Virus record (IMG/VR): IMGVR_UViG_3300046615_000208
Span: 1-64,000 of that record
Source: a virus
Lineage: Duplodnaviria; Caudoviricetes
DNA: 64,000 nt
Direction: 5' to 3' (one strand)
The notes beneath the pieces were generated by a model. It was not told the DNA's origin. It made no database searches and saw only the letters and a list, made by a program, of their open reading frames with translations. The position numbers and the translations under genes are program-made. Below are positions 54,695-64,000 of this stretch, one piece after another. The number at the start of each line of letters is the position of its first letter. The first letter of the stretch is position 1.

Positions 54695-55075
54695 ATGATC
54701 GTTTACAGTGTCGGAGAAAAGATCAAGATCAAGGAAACCACCTCTGCCCTCGGGGTAAAGCTGGAGAAGGGTATGAAGGGGATCGTCGTGTACACACTCC
54801 CCGAACGGGTTGAAGCCGTGTTCGAAGGGCTAGGTCTGGTGTCGGTGGGCCATGACCTCATCAAGAAAAAGGTGCGCAAGACCGAACGCCTTGTTAAGGC
54901 CAAGAACCTCAAGCTCAGCGACGAGGTGCATATCCCCGGATCAGGTGAGTATAACAAAATCGGAAACATTTACCGTAACAACTACGACTCCGACGAGACT
55001 ACCATCACGGTCGAGACTGTAGAATACGACAGCAAGGACTACGGCTACAACGATCTGGTGGAGGTACGTCGATGA
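54695..55075 (+). CDS. Hypothetical SH3/KOW-like protein
   Basis: YSVGEKIKI. Confidence 0.65.
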   Translation: MIVYSVGEKIKIKETTSALGVKLEKGMKGIVVYTLPERVEAVFEGLGLVSVGHDLIKKKVRKTERLVKAKNLKLSDEVHIPGSGEYNKIGNIYRNNYDSDETTITVETVEYDSKDYGYNDLVEVRR

Positions 55076-55275
55076 GCTACCTGCTTCTCGGAATCGCAGT
55101 CGCTGCGGCCTTCACAGCACTGGTCCACCTTATCCTCGCAATCCGCGCTGTAGCTTTTGGCGGTGGCTTTGACGGATTTGGGGCACAGTTCTACTACACG
55201 GGTGTCATCGCGGTCAGCGTCGTCCTTGCCATTTGGCTTGGACCGCTCGCCCTCGCAGGGATTGGACTCCTGTGA
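55072..55275 (+). CDS. Small membrane protein
   Basis: Two TM segments. Confidence 0.6.
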   Translation: MSYLLLGIAVAAAFTALVHLILAIRAVAFGGGFDGFGAQFYYTGVIAVSVVLAIWLGPLALAGIGLL

Positions 55276-55466
55276 TGAGCCGCACAGCAAAGCACCGCTA
55301 CTCCCAGAAGGAAGAGGACCTCATCTGGAAGCTCTACACAGCGGAAGAAAAAGAACAACACAACAAATTTGTCATGGGCTATGGGGAGTTCACGGCGAAC
55401 ACACAATTCATCGATTCTCTGCGGAGTACGGTGATGACACGAAAGGGACAAGATGACACAGTTTGA
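55275..55466 (+). CDS. Hypothetical protein
   Basis: Coupled TGATG. Confidence 0.55.
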   Translation: MSRTAKHRYSQKEEDLIWKLYTAEEKEQHNKFVMGYGEFTANTQFIDSLRSTVMTRKGQDDTV

Positions 55467-55869
55467 AAAGTTTGAAGTAGGGGACCTCGTATTTGCCAAT
55501 GAGGACCACCCGTATCTGGATGTGGACGGCGAAAGCCCCGGTATTGTGACCGAGGTCATGGAGGACTCCTTCGGCGTGCAGGTCGAGGTTGGCGTGGAGT
55601 TCTATCCGGACAACAATGAAGTCCGGTTCACCCCGCAGGAGTTGACCATTGTCGGTCGCGATGGTGAGCTTGCCACCTTCGAGGACATCAAGGAAGGTGA
55701 CCGGATCATGATGATCAGTCCTGATGACGAGTTGGTCAAGGTTGTGGTGGAGGATATCTACCATAAGGGTGGGATTGCTGACATCTACGGGGTATACTCG
55801 GAGAACACTGATGAATCCGTCACCTTCGCGCTTCCCGCTGATACTGATGTCTTCAAGGTATCTGCTTGA
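55453..55869 (+). CDS. Hypothetical SH3/KOW-like protein
   Basis: FEVGDLV, IKEGDRI. Confidence 0.65.
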   Translation: MTQFEKFEVGDLVFANEDHPYLDVDGESPGIVTEVMEDSFGVQVEVGVEFYPDNNEVRFTPQELTIVGRDGELATFEDIKEGDRIMMISPDDELVKVVVEDIYHKGGIADIYGVYSENTDESVTFALPADTDVFKVSA

Positions 55870-56081
55870 ATATGAACATCACGCATACTGCTGTTGCTAC
55901 GGGTAACACCCGTCTTACTGCGGGGGACCTAGCAAGCTTTGCAAAAGGCATCCCCGCAGAATCCACCGTGCGAATTGATACGCACAACCCTGTTGACCAG
56001 CGGGACAACCACCGCTGGACTATCGAAGCCGAATGGGACGAAGTTGCCCAGAAGAATTGGACGAGGCCACAAACACGATGA
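55866..56081 (+). CDS. Hypothetical protein
   Basis: ORF. Confidence 0.55.
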   Translation: MNMNITHTAVATGNTRLTAGDLASFAKGIPAESTVRIDTHNPVDQRDNHRWTIEAEWDEVAQKNWTRPQTR

Positions 56082-56311
56082 ACGACAATAATGTAACGGA
56101 TATGCTGAAGGAAGCCCTCTTGAAGTCGCATGACCAAGGTTATGCCAAGGGCAGGGTGGACGCTATAAAGGCACTGTCCGTCTCCCTGCATTTCGTCTAC
56201 GATCTTGGTATCCTTACTGAGGAAGAGAAGAAGGGGTACAAGATTACCCTTGACACCGTAGACGCGACACTGAGGATTCTCGAACAGAACAATGAGGAAA
56301 ACGGTTTCTAG
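56078..56311 (+). CDS. Hypothetical protein
   Basis: ATGA overlap. Confidence 0.55.
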   Translation: MNDNNVTDMLKEALLKSHDQGYAKGRVDAIKALSVSLHFVYDLGILTEEEKKGYKITLDTVDATLRILEQNNEENGF

Positions 56312-56607
56312 TGGAAAATGAAGATGAACTGTTCGCCAGATGGGAGCAGGAAATGGCAGCCATGCCCTGCGAATCTGACGCACATGATTCTTCGCCAGCA
56401 CATGCGGGGCCGGGTGAATGGTATATATCGTTTGCCTGCCCCCGCTGTAAAAAAGTGAGCACCATCCTACTGGTATGTGACCGGTACAACAGTTTCCTGC
56501 CGTCTATGATGATCATAGCTGGTGCGTCTGTGGTAGAATGTGGTAAGTGTAGCCAGCAATTTTTATATCGGGAGACCATAATTGTCTCCGAGAGAAGGCA
56601 AGTGTGA
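56311..56607 (+). CDS. Zn-finger hypothetical protein
   Basis: CPRC..CGKC. Confidence 0.6.
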   Translation: MENEDELFARWEQEMAAMPCESDAHDSSPAHAGPGEWYISFACPRCKKVSTILLVCDRYNSFLPSMMIIAGASVVECGKCSQQFLYRETIIVSERRQV

Positions 56608-56852
56608 CCGACCTATTGGCCCTGCTTCTGGGAGTACTCTTCCTTGTCTTCTGGGTTTGCGTAATGATCTATTGGAATTCGCTGACTAGAGCCTATGACT
56701 TAGGGGAGGAAGACTACTCGCGGCGAAAGAATCGGCTGGTGGAGTATAACGGTCTTGCGCGTATCGCCTACACCCGGGGCCGAAGATGTGCAGCCTGTAC
56801 AGGTAACGCAAAACTGAAGAACAGACTTAAAGGCCGTAGGTTGACAATTTAA
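56604..56852 (+). CDS. Membrane-anchored hypothetical protein
   Basis: N-terminal TM. Confidence 0.5.
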   Translation: MTDLLALLLGVLFLVFWVCVMIYWNSLTRAYDLGEEDYSRRKNRLVEYNGLARIAYTRGRRCAACTGNAKLKNRLKGRRLTI

Positions 56853-56909
56853 GTGTAAGGGGCTAGACTATTCGTAGTTTAGCCCCTTACCTGTGAAAGG
56901 ACAAAATAA

Positions 56910-57275
56910 ATGAGTAAACTCAAAACAGCAAAAGCCATCCGGAAATCCTTCACCATAGCTGGTGCGATCCTCAAATGGGTCGGTATCACTGCCCTCCTTG
57001 TGGGTATTGGTTTAGGTCTATGGGCTTGGGCCAATGCACACTTCCTCAGCTTCGCTGTTGTCATCGGGATTGTCGTCACGTTCTCCATGATCGGCGGTAT
57101 CTTCGAGGCGTGGGACTGGAGCGAGAAAACAATTGAAAAAGCTGAAGAGGAAGAGCGCGAAGCACAGGAACGTGGTCGCGCTGAGAAGAGGCGGGAAGAG
57201 ATGCCTTCCCCTAAACCTATTCGCACTCCTGACTTCGACTTCGACTCCACTGACCCGTACGGGCACTACCGGTAA
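56910..57275 (+). CDS. Membrane protein
   Basis: AAGGA SD; two TM. Confidence 0.65.
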   Translation: MSKLKTAKAIRKSFTIAGAILKWVGITALLVGIGLGLWAWANAHFLSFAVVIGIVVTFSMIGGIFEAWDWSEKTIEKAEEEEREAQERGRAEKRREEMPSPKPIRTPDFDFDSTDPYGHYR

Positions 57276-57312
57276 TTTTGACAAACCCCGAACTAGCTGA
57301 TAGGTTATACAC

Positions 57313-57579
57313 ATGAAACTTGAACACGTGCTGGAGGTCGAGCAGACCATCCATGAAATCGAAGAACGATCCAACCGCAACCGTCTCGGAATGCTGGTGA
57401 CACAGGAGGTTGCCGACTACCGCGCACATGGTGCTAAGAAGGACGTAGAGACCCTTCTGGCGGTCGTAAACGCGGTGATGGACAAGCTGGCGGATTCCGG
57501 TGATTCCGTCCGCTCAGAAGACATTCTGGCGGTCATCCACGAGGCAATGGAAGAATCTAAGGAGGTTGCGAATGTCTAG
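57313..57579 (+). CDS. Hypothetical protein
   Basis: Leaderless-type promoter. Confidence 0.6.
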   Translation: MKLEHVLEVEQTIHEIEERSNRNRLGMLVTQEVADYRAHGAKKDVETLLAVVNAVMDKLADSGDSVRSEDILAVIHEAMEESKEVANV

Positions 57580-57970
57580 GTTCAAGAACCAAGAACGCGT
57601 TCAGGTCATTGCTAATCCTTCTGGCTACCACCTCAAGTACGGTACGGTAGTCGAGACAGACACTGCCTCGGTTCGGGTGCGTGTTGACGGAGAAGGCAGG
57701 GGGATGAGGTTCTGGGATACAGAGCTTGTGCCTGCCCCGCATGCTCCTGCACCGGAAAAGGAACTCACCCAGACCCAGAAGTACATCCGGGAACTGGATG
57801 AGGACACCAAGCTACTGTTCGATGCTGCTGGCCTCTACCCGCAGGGTACAAGCGTCCAGAAGGACCTGCAAGCCTTCGCAAGCCATCAGGCAAAGATCGT
57901 CTACAACCTGAAGCTCGTACTGAGTCAGGACGGCGTAACGCTCTGGGAGGCTGAAGATGGCGGTAAGTGA
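57572..57970 (+). CDS. Hypothetical SH3/KOW-like protein
   Basis: GGAGG SD; FKNQERVQV..GTVV. Confidence 0.65.
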   Translation: MSRFKNQERVQVIANPSGYHLKYGTVVETDTASVRVRVDGEGRGMRFWDTELVPAPHAPAPEKELTQTQKYIRELDEDTKLLFDAAGLYPQGTSVQKDLQAFASHQAKIVYNLKLVLSQDGVTLWEAEDGGK

Positions 57971-58160
57971 GGATTGGTCGCCCGGAAACACTGGCAATCT
58001 TGAGGATGATCTGATAGAGTTGATCATGTTCGGCTGCTCTGACGGGTACGTGACGGATGAGAATATTGAAGCATGTAGAGAAGAACCCGGTACCTATGGG
58101 TACGCGGCAGACTTGGTAATTAATTACCTCCGAGAGAAGGGAGTTGTTTTAGATGGGTAG
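57957..58160 (+). CDS. Hypothetical protein
   Basis: ORF. Confidence 0.5.
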   Translation: MAVSEDWSPGNTGNLEDDLIELIMFGCSDGYVTDENIEACREEPGTYGYAADLVINYLREKGVVLDG

Positions 58161-58452
58161 CAAGGTTTGGCCTGAAGCACGAAATGGATACGGTGAAGAC
58201 ATCGTAGCGGTTCGTAAGGCAGAGCGTACCGTAAAGGTGTTCCGCGTAATCCTGACCGTACTGGTTTCGGTGGCGGTGGTGGCAGGGGCGATGTTCATCC
58301 CGCCGGTAGTACTGATGTGGATCGGCGGTGTGATCCTCGGTGTGGGCGGAAGCTACCTGCTGGGAGGCGCAATCGGTCTGGGTCTCTACGCACGCAAGGA
58401 AGCTGTCAAGACCCTGCAACGGGCAAAACAGCGCGGAGTCTCCGCGAGTTGA
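58153..58452 (+). CDS. Membrane protein
   Basis: Two TM. Confidence 0.6.
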   Translation: MGSKVWPEARNGYGEDIVAVRKAERTVKVFRVILTVLVSVAVVAGAMFIPPVVLMWIGGVILGVGGSYLLGGAIGLGLYARKEAVKTLQRAKQRGVSAS

Positions 58453-58511
58453 CATACTGGGCCACCCAGTGTTAAGGTAAGTATATGTCCTAGAGGAAGA
58501 GAAGAAAGCAA

Positions 58512-58775
58512 ATGGAGGCGTACATGTCCGACGAGATCAACAAGGCCCACACGGTCTACATGAAGAGCCAGTGGACTGACCCGGAACCGGACACCTTCCG
58601 GATGTCTGTGGAGGCCGCAAACCCTCACGGACCCAAGTTCGTGGTCATGAGCGGCTGTGCCACATGGCTGTCGCTGAAGCAGGCCCGAGAAGTCTACGAG
58701 ACTCTGGGCCGGTACATCGCGTTTATGGAACGCAGAGACAAACGTCGAAGCAGGGCCGAGAACGCCGGTGGCTGA
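58512..58775 (+). CDS. Hypothetical protein
   Basis: ORF. Confidence 0.6.
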   Translation: MEAYMSDEINKAHTVYMKSQWTDPEPDTFRMSVEAANPHGPKFVVMSGCATWLSLKQAREVYETLGRYIAFMERRDKRRSRAENAGG

Positions 58776-59157
58776 CTGGATGGATGAGATGCGTAAGTGG
58801 ACCAAGGACTACTACAGGACGCAGGAGAGAGTGAACATAACCCAGTTGCTGTTCGGCAACGAGAAGGGCTGGACATGGCCTGACATGTGGGTACCCTACT
58901 TCGGCGGTGACCCTGTCAAGGAAGTGGTAGGGAATCCCAACTGGAAGAACAACGTGGTCAAGGAACCCTACACCCTGCACTTTATCTCTACCGGAAAATG
59001 GATCACCTACCAGAAGTTCGGAACCCGCTGGATGGCATCCTTCGATCCGGGTGGAAACGTTCCGACTGAAGTTGACATCAGGACTGCGGTGCAGTATGCT
59101 GAAGACAGACACAAAGACGATGTAGCAACAATGAAAAAGAAATGGAAATATCTATGA
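58768..59157 (+). CDS. Hypothetical Trp-rich protein
   Basis: ORF. Confidence 0.6.
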   Translation: MADWMDEMRKWTKDYYRTQERVNITQLLFGNEKGWTWPDMWVPYFGGDPVKEVVGNPNWKNNVVKEPYTLHFISTGKWITYQKFGTRWMASFDPGGNVPTEVDIRTAVQYAEDRHKDDVATMKKKWKYL

Positions 59158-59423
59158 ACGTACAGGAACGTATCGCCATTGCCCTCTTCGAGGACTGGAA
59201 GACCTCTGACCGGGAACTCACACTGACGTGGGAGACCGCAGGGGCAACGCTCCAGCGCGTCTTCCTCCGGAAGGCTGAGGTGGCTCTGGAGGCCCTGTCC
59301 CTGCCGCTGGAGCACATGGTGAGCTTCTTGCACACTGCCGATGCTTTGGACATCGCAACGGAGGACTACCCCCTCTCGTGGCACTTGGAGAACTACCTCA
59401 CTGACCGTGGTCTGACAGCCTGA
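59154..59423 (+). CDS. Hypothetical protein
   Basis: ATGA overlap. Confidence 0.6.
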   Translation: MNVQERIAIALFEDWKTSDRELTLTWETAGATLQRVFLRKAEVALEALSLPLEHMVSFLHTADALDIATEDYPLSWHLENYLTDRGLTA

Positions 59424-59495
59424 CTTGCATCTGGCGGTAAGCACTGCTAGACTGATTACAACGAACATGAACAAGAACAAAGAAAGGCACTAAAA

Positions 59496-60419
59496 ATGAC
59501 TTTTGCAAAGGGAACCAAGGTACGCTACAGGGCAACCATCTCTCCGCTCGAAGGACTTAACGGGCTTGAGGGGATCGTCAGTGAATCTCGCCCCTACGAC
59601 ACGACGATGATCAAGGTCACCAAGGGTTCGGACAGTGGCGACAATGACCACATCATCGGCAAGGTGGAGGGCTTCAGCACGTCTGCCTTGGTTGAGGTGG
59701 TTGATGAACCGAAGGAATTCAAGGTGGGAGACCGGGTGAAGGTCAATGATCCGGACGGTCTCAGCCATCATGGACTCATTGGGGTCATCACGGAAGTCGG
59801 CTCTGTGTACGGCGGGGGCACCGTCAAGGCGGATGTCGATGAGTCCTGTGAGGCTTTCCAGACGCTCCGGAGGTGGAACCGCGAGCTTGACGGTAAGGAC
59901 TTTTTCCTGAAGGCCTCCACACTCGAACTCGTTGAGGAAGAGAAGCTGAAAGAAGGCGGGGCGATCAGCTACGAGCAGGTCGAACGCGGCCAGCGTATCC
60001 GGGTCTCCTACGAGAGCAAGGGTGTTGTCCACAGCCGCGAGGGCATCGTGGGCAAGGTCGCCAAGTACAAGAACGCCTACGGAACCAAGCTCAAGGACAA
60101 CTGGACCATTAACGTACAGGACGATGAGGCCGAGCGCTACGGCGGCAAGGGCCAGCGTCTGAACTGGGGCAGCGAGAAGAATAAGGAAACGATTGTTCTT
60201 CTGGAGGCGGCTCCTGAGGTTGACGCAGTGCTGGAACGTCTGCTAGAGTCCAAGGGTGGTACAGTGGTTCGGGCATTCGCCCACCGGTTCTTGGTCCGTG
60301 ATGCCTTCTCTGACACGTGGCGTGACTACTCCAGCGGGAAGTCCTATTCGTCCGAGACCCTGCGTCGTGAAGCTGGCGACAAGATCGCATTCTTTGTAGA
60401 AGACATGGAAGGAAACTAA
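59496..60419 (+). CDS. Multi-SH3/KOW-like repeat protein
   Basis: FAKGTKV, FKVGDRV, VERGQRI modules. Confidence 0.75.
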   Translation: MTFAKGTKVRYRATISPLEGLNGLEGIVSESRPYDTTMIKVTKGSDSGDNDHIIGKVEGFSTSALVEVVDEPKEFKVGDRVKVNDPDGLSHHGLIGVITEVGSVYGGGTVKADVDESCEAFQTLRRWNRELDGKDFFLKASTLELVEEEKLKEGGAISYEQVERGQRIRVSYESKGVVHSREGIVGKVAKYKNAYGTKLKDNWTINVQDDEAERYGGKGQRLNWGSEKNKETIVLLEAAPEVDAVLERLLESKGGTVVRAFAHRFLVRDAFSDTWRDYSSGKSYSSETLRREAGDKIAFFVEDMEGN

Positions 60420-61444
60420 TGACGGTTCGTAAGAACAGTATCGTGGTCCGTAAGAACTCTGAGGGTTGGTCCACCAACTTCCGGGTTGAGGCTGTGGACG
60501 GGCGTACAGCCAAATTGCGAAGCTTGGACAGCTACCTACTCTCGGAAGAGGATGTGGATGATCTTGCGGTACGCTACCATGTGGATACCTTCGATCCGGG
60601 CGACACCGTCCGTATCCTTCGGGAATACGCTGACCGGTACAATGAAGCCGATGGTGAGAACGAACTGACGGTGGTACTTCAGAAGTCGAGTAGCACCCCT
60701 GTCACTACGGTGGAGAACAACATCGGGCACCAGTTCAATATCCTCAACGAACGTCTCTACCTTGTACGTCCCGCCAAGGCGTTCAAGGCGGGGGACAGGG
60801 TTGTGGTGGACCTCGACCTTGTGACGAAGTACGACAACGATGGTATCTCTGATTACTGGACTAATGTCGGCGTCCTTGTCCTGACTGAGGACAGCGGCAG
60901 TCGTGCGGTCAAAACCACCAGCCACGTCCGGTACGAGAAACAAGATGGCATGACTAACAACGTCCCTACGCGCTGGCTGAAGCTCTATGAAGAGCCTGCC
61001 AAGCGTGTAGTTGGTTCGGCTATCCGGTCAGGGGATGTTAAGGTTGGTGACACCATTCGAGCGACATATACCCACATGGGCATGAATGTTAGCTCGGAGG
61101 GAATGGTGAGCCGACTCCAACAACTCGGCAATGATGAGCAAGCCCTCTTTGCTGTCGGTGGCGCAAGGTTCCCACTACAGATTTTGGACACCGTCTACAC
61201 TCTGCTGGAGGAAGCTCCTGAACCTGTGGACGAGAACCTTCAGCGTCTTCTGGATGCTGAGATCGGGGACATCGCCCACAGCACCTACGCTGATGAGTAC
61301 TGGAAGAAGGTTGGGGACGACGCATGGCAGAAGCTTCATGAGGGCTTCGGCTGGACTCGTACGGCAGAGCAGGTGTTCGGCTCGTTCTACAAGCTGAAGT
61401 ATGGGGAACTGTTCATCTACAGGAAGGTAAACGATGCTGACTAA
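60419..61444 (+). CDS. Multi-SH3/KOW-like repeat protein, paralogue
   Basis: FDPGDTV, FKAGDRV, VKVGDTI; shared LLE.APE.VD..L.RLL linker. Confidence 0.75.
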   Translation: MTVRKNSIVVRKNSEGWSTNFRVEAVDGRTAKLRSLDSYLLSEEDVDDLAVRYHVDTFDPGDTVRILREYADRYNEADGENELTVVLQKSSSTPVTTVENNIGHQFNILNERLYLVRPAKAFKAGDRVVVDLDLVTKYDNDGISDYWTNVGVLVLTEDSGSRAVKTTSHVRYEKQDGMTNNVPTRWLKLYEEPAKRVVGSAIRSGDVKVGDTIRATYTHMGMNVSSEGMVSRLQQLGNDEQALFAVGGARFPLQILDTVYTLLEEAPEPVDENLQRLLDAEIGDIAHSTYADEYWKKVGDDAWQKLHEGFGWTRTAEQVFGSFYKLKYGELFIYRKVNDAD

Positions 61445-61580
61445 GGAAGAGTTTCTGGCCCTGCTACCGGGAGAGGAATTCCTCTCTGAGGGCCTACGGG
61501 CCTTCAAGATGGCCGATGATGCGTTCGCCTTCTTGGAGGGCGGCAGAGGCATCGTCTGGGGCCAGCCAGCAGGTATCTAA
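61434..61580 (+). CDS. Small hypothetical protein
   Basis: AAGG SD. Confidence 0.45.
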   Translation: MLTKEEFLALLPGEEFLSEGLRAFKMADDAFAFLEGGRGIVWGQPAGI

Positions 61581-61633
61581 AAAGGAAGGGACTCGGGGTT
61601 GATACTCCGGGTCCTTTCTGGTATGCTGAAGCC

Positions 61634-62017
61634 ATGACAAAGAACGAAGTAAACAACAAGAGACGTGTACAGCAGTTGCGTGCCGGTGGCTCGGAGGACT
61701 TGAAAGAGTTCTACACCCACTACAGAGACACGTGCTACGGCAGTGGGTCCGTCTCCCTTACATGGGCGAGAGAGGCCTCAGAACTGATCCTGACCCTTCT
61801 GGAAGAGCGGGAGTCATTCAAGGACAGGGCGCGGTCCTCGGGGCCTAAGATCGTCCTGAGACTGATGAAGAACGGACATATCTGGGACTACACCAAGCAC
61901 GTCGAGGACGTAACCGCGTGGTCCCGAAAGATTCTGGCGGAAGAGCCGGATGCAAGAATTGAAGTAGAGTACGCCTCTGAAGAGGAAATGTACCAATGGA
62001 AAACGGGAGGATTGTAG
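61634..62017 (+). CDS. Hypothetical protein
   Basis: Leaderless promoter TTGATA-N17-TATGCT. Confidence 0.65.
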   Translation: MTKNEVNNKRRVQQLRAGGSEDLKEFYTHYRDTCYGSGSVSLTWAREASELILTLLEERESFKDRARSSGPKIVLRLMKNGHIWDYTKHVEDVTAWSRKILAEEPDARIEVEYASEEEMYQWKTGGL

Positions 62018-62018
62018 A

Positions 62019-62279
62019 ATGTCAGTATTTATCCCTTTTTATGTCGCGGGGGTTGTTATTCCTATGGTGTTCGCCTTCTTCGTCTATCTGGGTGAGGGGC
62101 GTGAAGCAACCCGCACAGGGGCGCGTATTATCCTGCTTGCTCCCATCTGGCCGTTACTGATTCCGGTGGCCCTTACGCGGGGCGTCAAGTGGCTCTGGAA
62201 GACGGCAGACTGGCGGGGCGTAGAAGAGGAAGAGGCGACCCTTCGGGCGCAACGATTTGGGCGTGCACGTGGTTGGTAA
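62019..62279 (+). CDS. Membrane protein
   Basis: Two TM, LAPIWP. Confidence 0.6.
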   Translation: MSVFIPFYVAGVVIPMVFAFFVYLGEGREATRTGARIILLAPIWPLLIPVALTRGVKWLWKTADWRGVEEEEATLRAQRFGRARGW

Positions 62280-62297
62280 CTATCGGAAAGGAAAACA

Positions 62298-62591
62298 GTG
62301 GGGTTTGGTCTGAAGCCGAACAAGAATCGGATTCGGTTTGAAGATGTTCAGGAGGGAGACCGCCTGAGGGTCCGCTACACAGAGGGAGACCGCTGGGAGG
62401 ATCAAGACATGTGGAAGCCTCCGGGGGCCGCTGTAGGCCGTAGCATTGGCGTCCTACGCACCATTGTGTCTGAAGCCAAGATGCGTCCGCTGGAGAACGT
62501 CTGGCTGTCTTCAGACGGGCGCACAGTGGTACACAAGGACTGGGCAGAGTTGGAGATCATTCGGCTTGACAAGATGCACGAGAGGGGTTAG
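62298..62591 (+). CDS. Hypothetical protein
   Basis: AAGGA SD. Confidence 0.6.
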   Translation: MGFGLKPNKNRIRFEDVQEGDRLRVRYTEGDRWEDQDMWKPPGAAVGRSIGVLRTIVSEAKMRPLENVWLSSDGRTVVHKDWAELEIIRLDKMHERG

Positions 62592-62600
62592 GCTTCAGGT

Positions 62601-62966
62601 ATGACAAAGAAACGAGACCCCCGAGTGGTAGCTGTCGCGGAGAAGCTGGTGGAGGTTCAGCCCTACGGGAAGGACTTCCGCAAGACCGAACCCAGCGTTG
62701 CTGACTACCACGCTGCCCTGATCGCTGTCCGGACACTGGACGAAATGGGCGAGTACGAGTACAACATCGAAACCTTGGACCTCGTAACTGGGCATACACA
62801 CATGTGGCGTGAGCGGTGGGAGCATGACACCGAATGGCTCCAGCGGAAGCTCGATGAGAGACACGCGTACGACCGGAAGCTACTCAACATTCCCGGTGGT
62901 GGACCGGTGGAGTACACGCATAGGCTGGTCAAACGCCGGAAGGCAGGAAGGATCGAAGATGTCTAA
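62601..62966 (+). CDS. Hypothetical protein
   Basis: Leaderless promoter TTGACA-N17-TAGGCT. Confidence 0.65.
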   Translation: MTKKRDPRVVAVAEKLVEVQPYGKDFRKTEPSVADYHAALIAVRTLDEMGEYEYNIETLDLVTGHTHMWRERWEHDTEWLQRKLDERHAYDRKLLNIPGGGPVEYTHRLVKRRKAGRIEDV

Positions 62967-63339
62967 GTTCGAGGTAGGACAAGAGGTAATCTTCAGCCAT
63001 GGGGACCTGAAGGATGTGAAGGGCGTGGTACTTAACCCTCACTTTCAAATCAGTCAGTCAGACTGGCCCGAGGTTGTGGTACAGTACGGTGACAACCATC
63101 GCTTCTTCGTGGACATGGACAAGGTCCGTCCTGCTGAGGACCCGTACGAGTACGGTGCCACGTGGGCATCTCCCTTTGCGGATGAACCGTACTTCCCGTA
63201 CTTCGAGATTTTCGAGAACGAGTGGGGCACCCTTGAAGAAGCTAAGCAGTCTGCCCAAGAGGCTGAGAGTGTGGGCAACACTGACATCAAAATCATGCGC
63301 CGCCTGAAGGCTGGGGAACCGGAGGACTACAATGTCTAA
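62959..63339 (+). CDS. Hypothetical SH3/KOW-like protein
   Basis: FEVGQEV. Confidence 0.65.
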   Translation: MSKFEVGQEVIFSHGDLKDVKGVVLNPHFQISQSDWPEVVVQYGDNHRFFVDMDKVRPAEDPYEYGATWASPFADEPYFPYFEIFENEWGTLEEAKQSAQEAESVGNTDIKIMRRLKAGEPEDYNV

Positions 63340-63607
63340 GTTCATCAAAGGACACCGAAGCATCACGCAGACGTACACGGTGGTGGACGGGCCGGTGGTC
63401 GAAACAGAGCCGGGACACCTGACGCAGGGCAAGTTCAAGGTGGACTATCTGGCCGTCTCGTGGATGGACGGCGAGGTGCAGTCAGTGTATCTCAAGGGAC
63501 AGGGGCTGAAGGCAGACGGAAGTCTCGGGAAGTACGCACGCTCGCGCAGGCTCGTCGGGTCACATATCCCGGACTGGGTTGAAGAGCTACTGGACATTAC
63601 CCTGTAA
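63332..63607 (+). CDS. Hypothetical protein
   Basis: GGAGG SD. Confidence 0.6.
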   Translation: MSKFIKGHRSITQTYTVVDGPVVETEPGHLTQGKFKVDYLAVSWMDGEVQSVYLKGQGLKADGSLGKYARSRRLVGSHIPDWVEELLDITL

Positions 63608-63653
63608 CTCTGGTAGTCTTTAGCTAACAGGTCAACGACAACGGAAGGAAACC

Positions 63654-63830
63654 ATGAGCAACGCACGAAAGAATTCCACGTCAGTCTCTCTGACTGAGGA
63701 TGAACTGGTGAAGCTGGACGCACTGTACCGGGTTGCTTGGGGCAGTTCCTACAATCCGGACCGGACCCAGAAGAAGCTTGCGAAGGCGTTGGCCCGGATC
63801 GAGAGCCAGCGGGAGGACTCTGGTGAGTAA
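63654..63830 (+). CDS. Small hypothetical protein
   Basis: GAAGGA SD, 58 aa. Confidence 0.5.
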   Translation: MSNARKNSTSVSLTEDELVKLDALYRVAWGSSYNPDRTQKKLAKALARIESQREDSGE

Positions 63831-64000
63831 GAAAGCAAGGGACCACCGCGCACGCGCACGCAGGGACGAGCGGTATCTGACCGGACGGGCCAAGCCGGAT
63901 GACATGGACATCCACCTGTACGGCTGGAACCGTGCGAGGGTACGCAACCTGCGCAAGTGGGAGAGACAGGAGGGTCAGCTATTGTTCCAGAACAAGATGA

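Noticed and set aside
1-64000. Stop-codon reassignment or suppressor tRNA
   Set aside because: I found no CTA, TTA or TCA anticodon, and genes read intact in code 11.

Overview
A 64-kb segment of a large lytic dsDNA phage, almost entirely + strand. The host is probably an actinobacterium of the Micrococcales/Arthrobacter type (inferred from WhiB, a tmRNA tag ending DFALAA, many leaderless sigmaA-type promoters and the endolysin architecture). Bases 1-24 kb are an RNA-gene island: 43 tRNA genes covering all 20 amino acids, a tmRNA, several tRNA-like mimics and structured spacers. Interleaved with them are a divergent PurA-like synthetase, a papain-like protease, HNH nucleases, an SNase, an endolysin, NlpC/P60, NADAR and rIIA/rIIB. 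Bases 24-47 kb hold a collagen-like and a GDPD protein, a metallophosphoesterase, an RNA-repair set (Rnl1-like ligase, PNK/phosphatase, CCA-adding enzyme), PIN-PhoH, a nucleotidyltransferase, a BCS1-like AAA ATPase, WhiB, a DinG helicase, a RepB'-like primase, an SF3/D5 helicase and an oppositely oriented terminase-like gene. Bases 47-64 kb are small early-type genes. The most striking feature is a conserved-looking 243-aa protein of unknown function (9358-10089) co-transcribed with a ~400-nt 3' RNA. That RNA contains two tandem circularly permuted tRNA-like (Y-RNA-like) domains and repeated AGACTNAAGT words, and there is no Ro60 gene in the window. All RNA structures were folded by eye, so coordinates may be off by a few nt.
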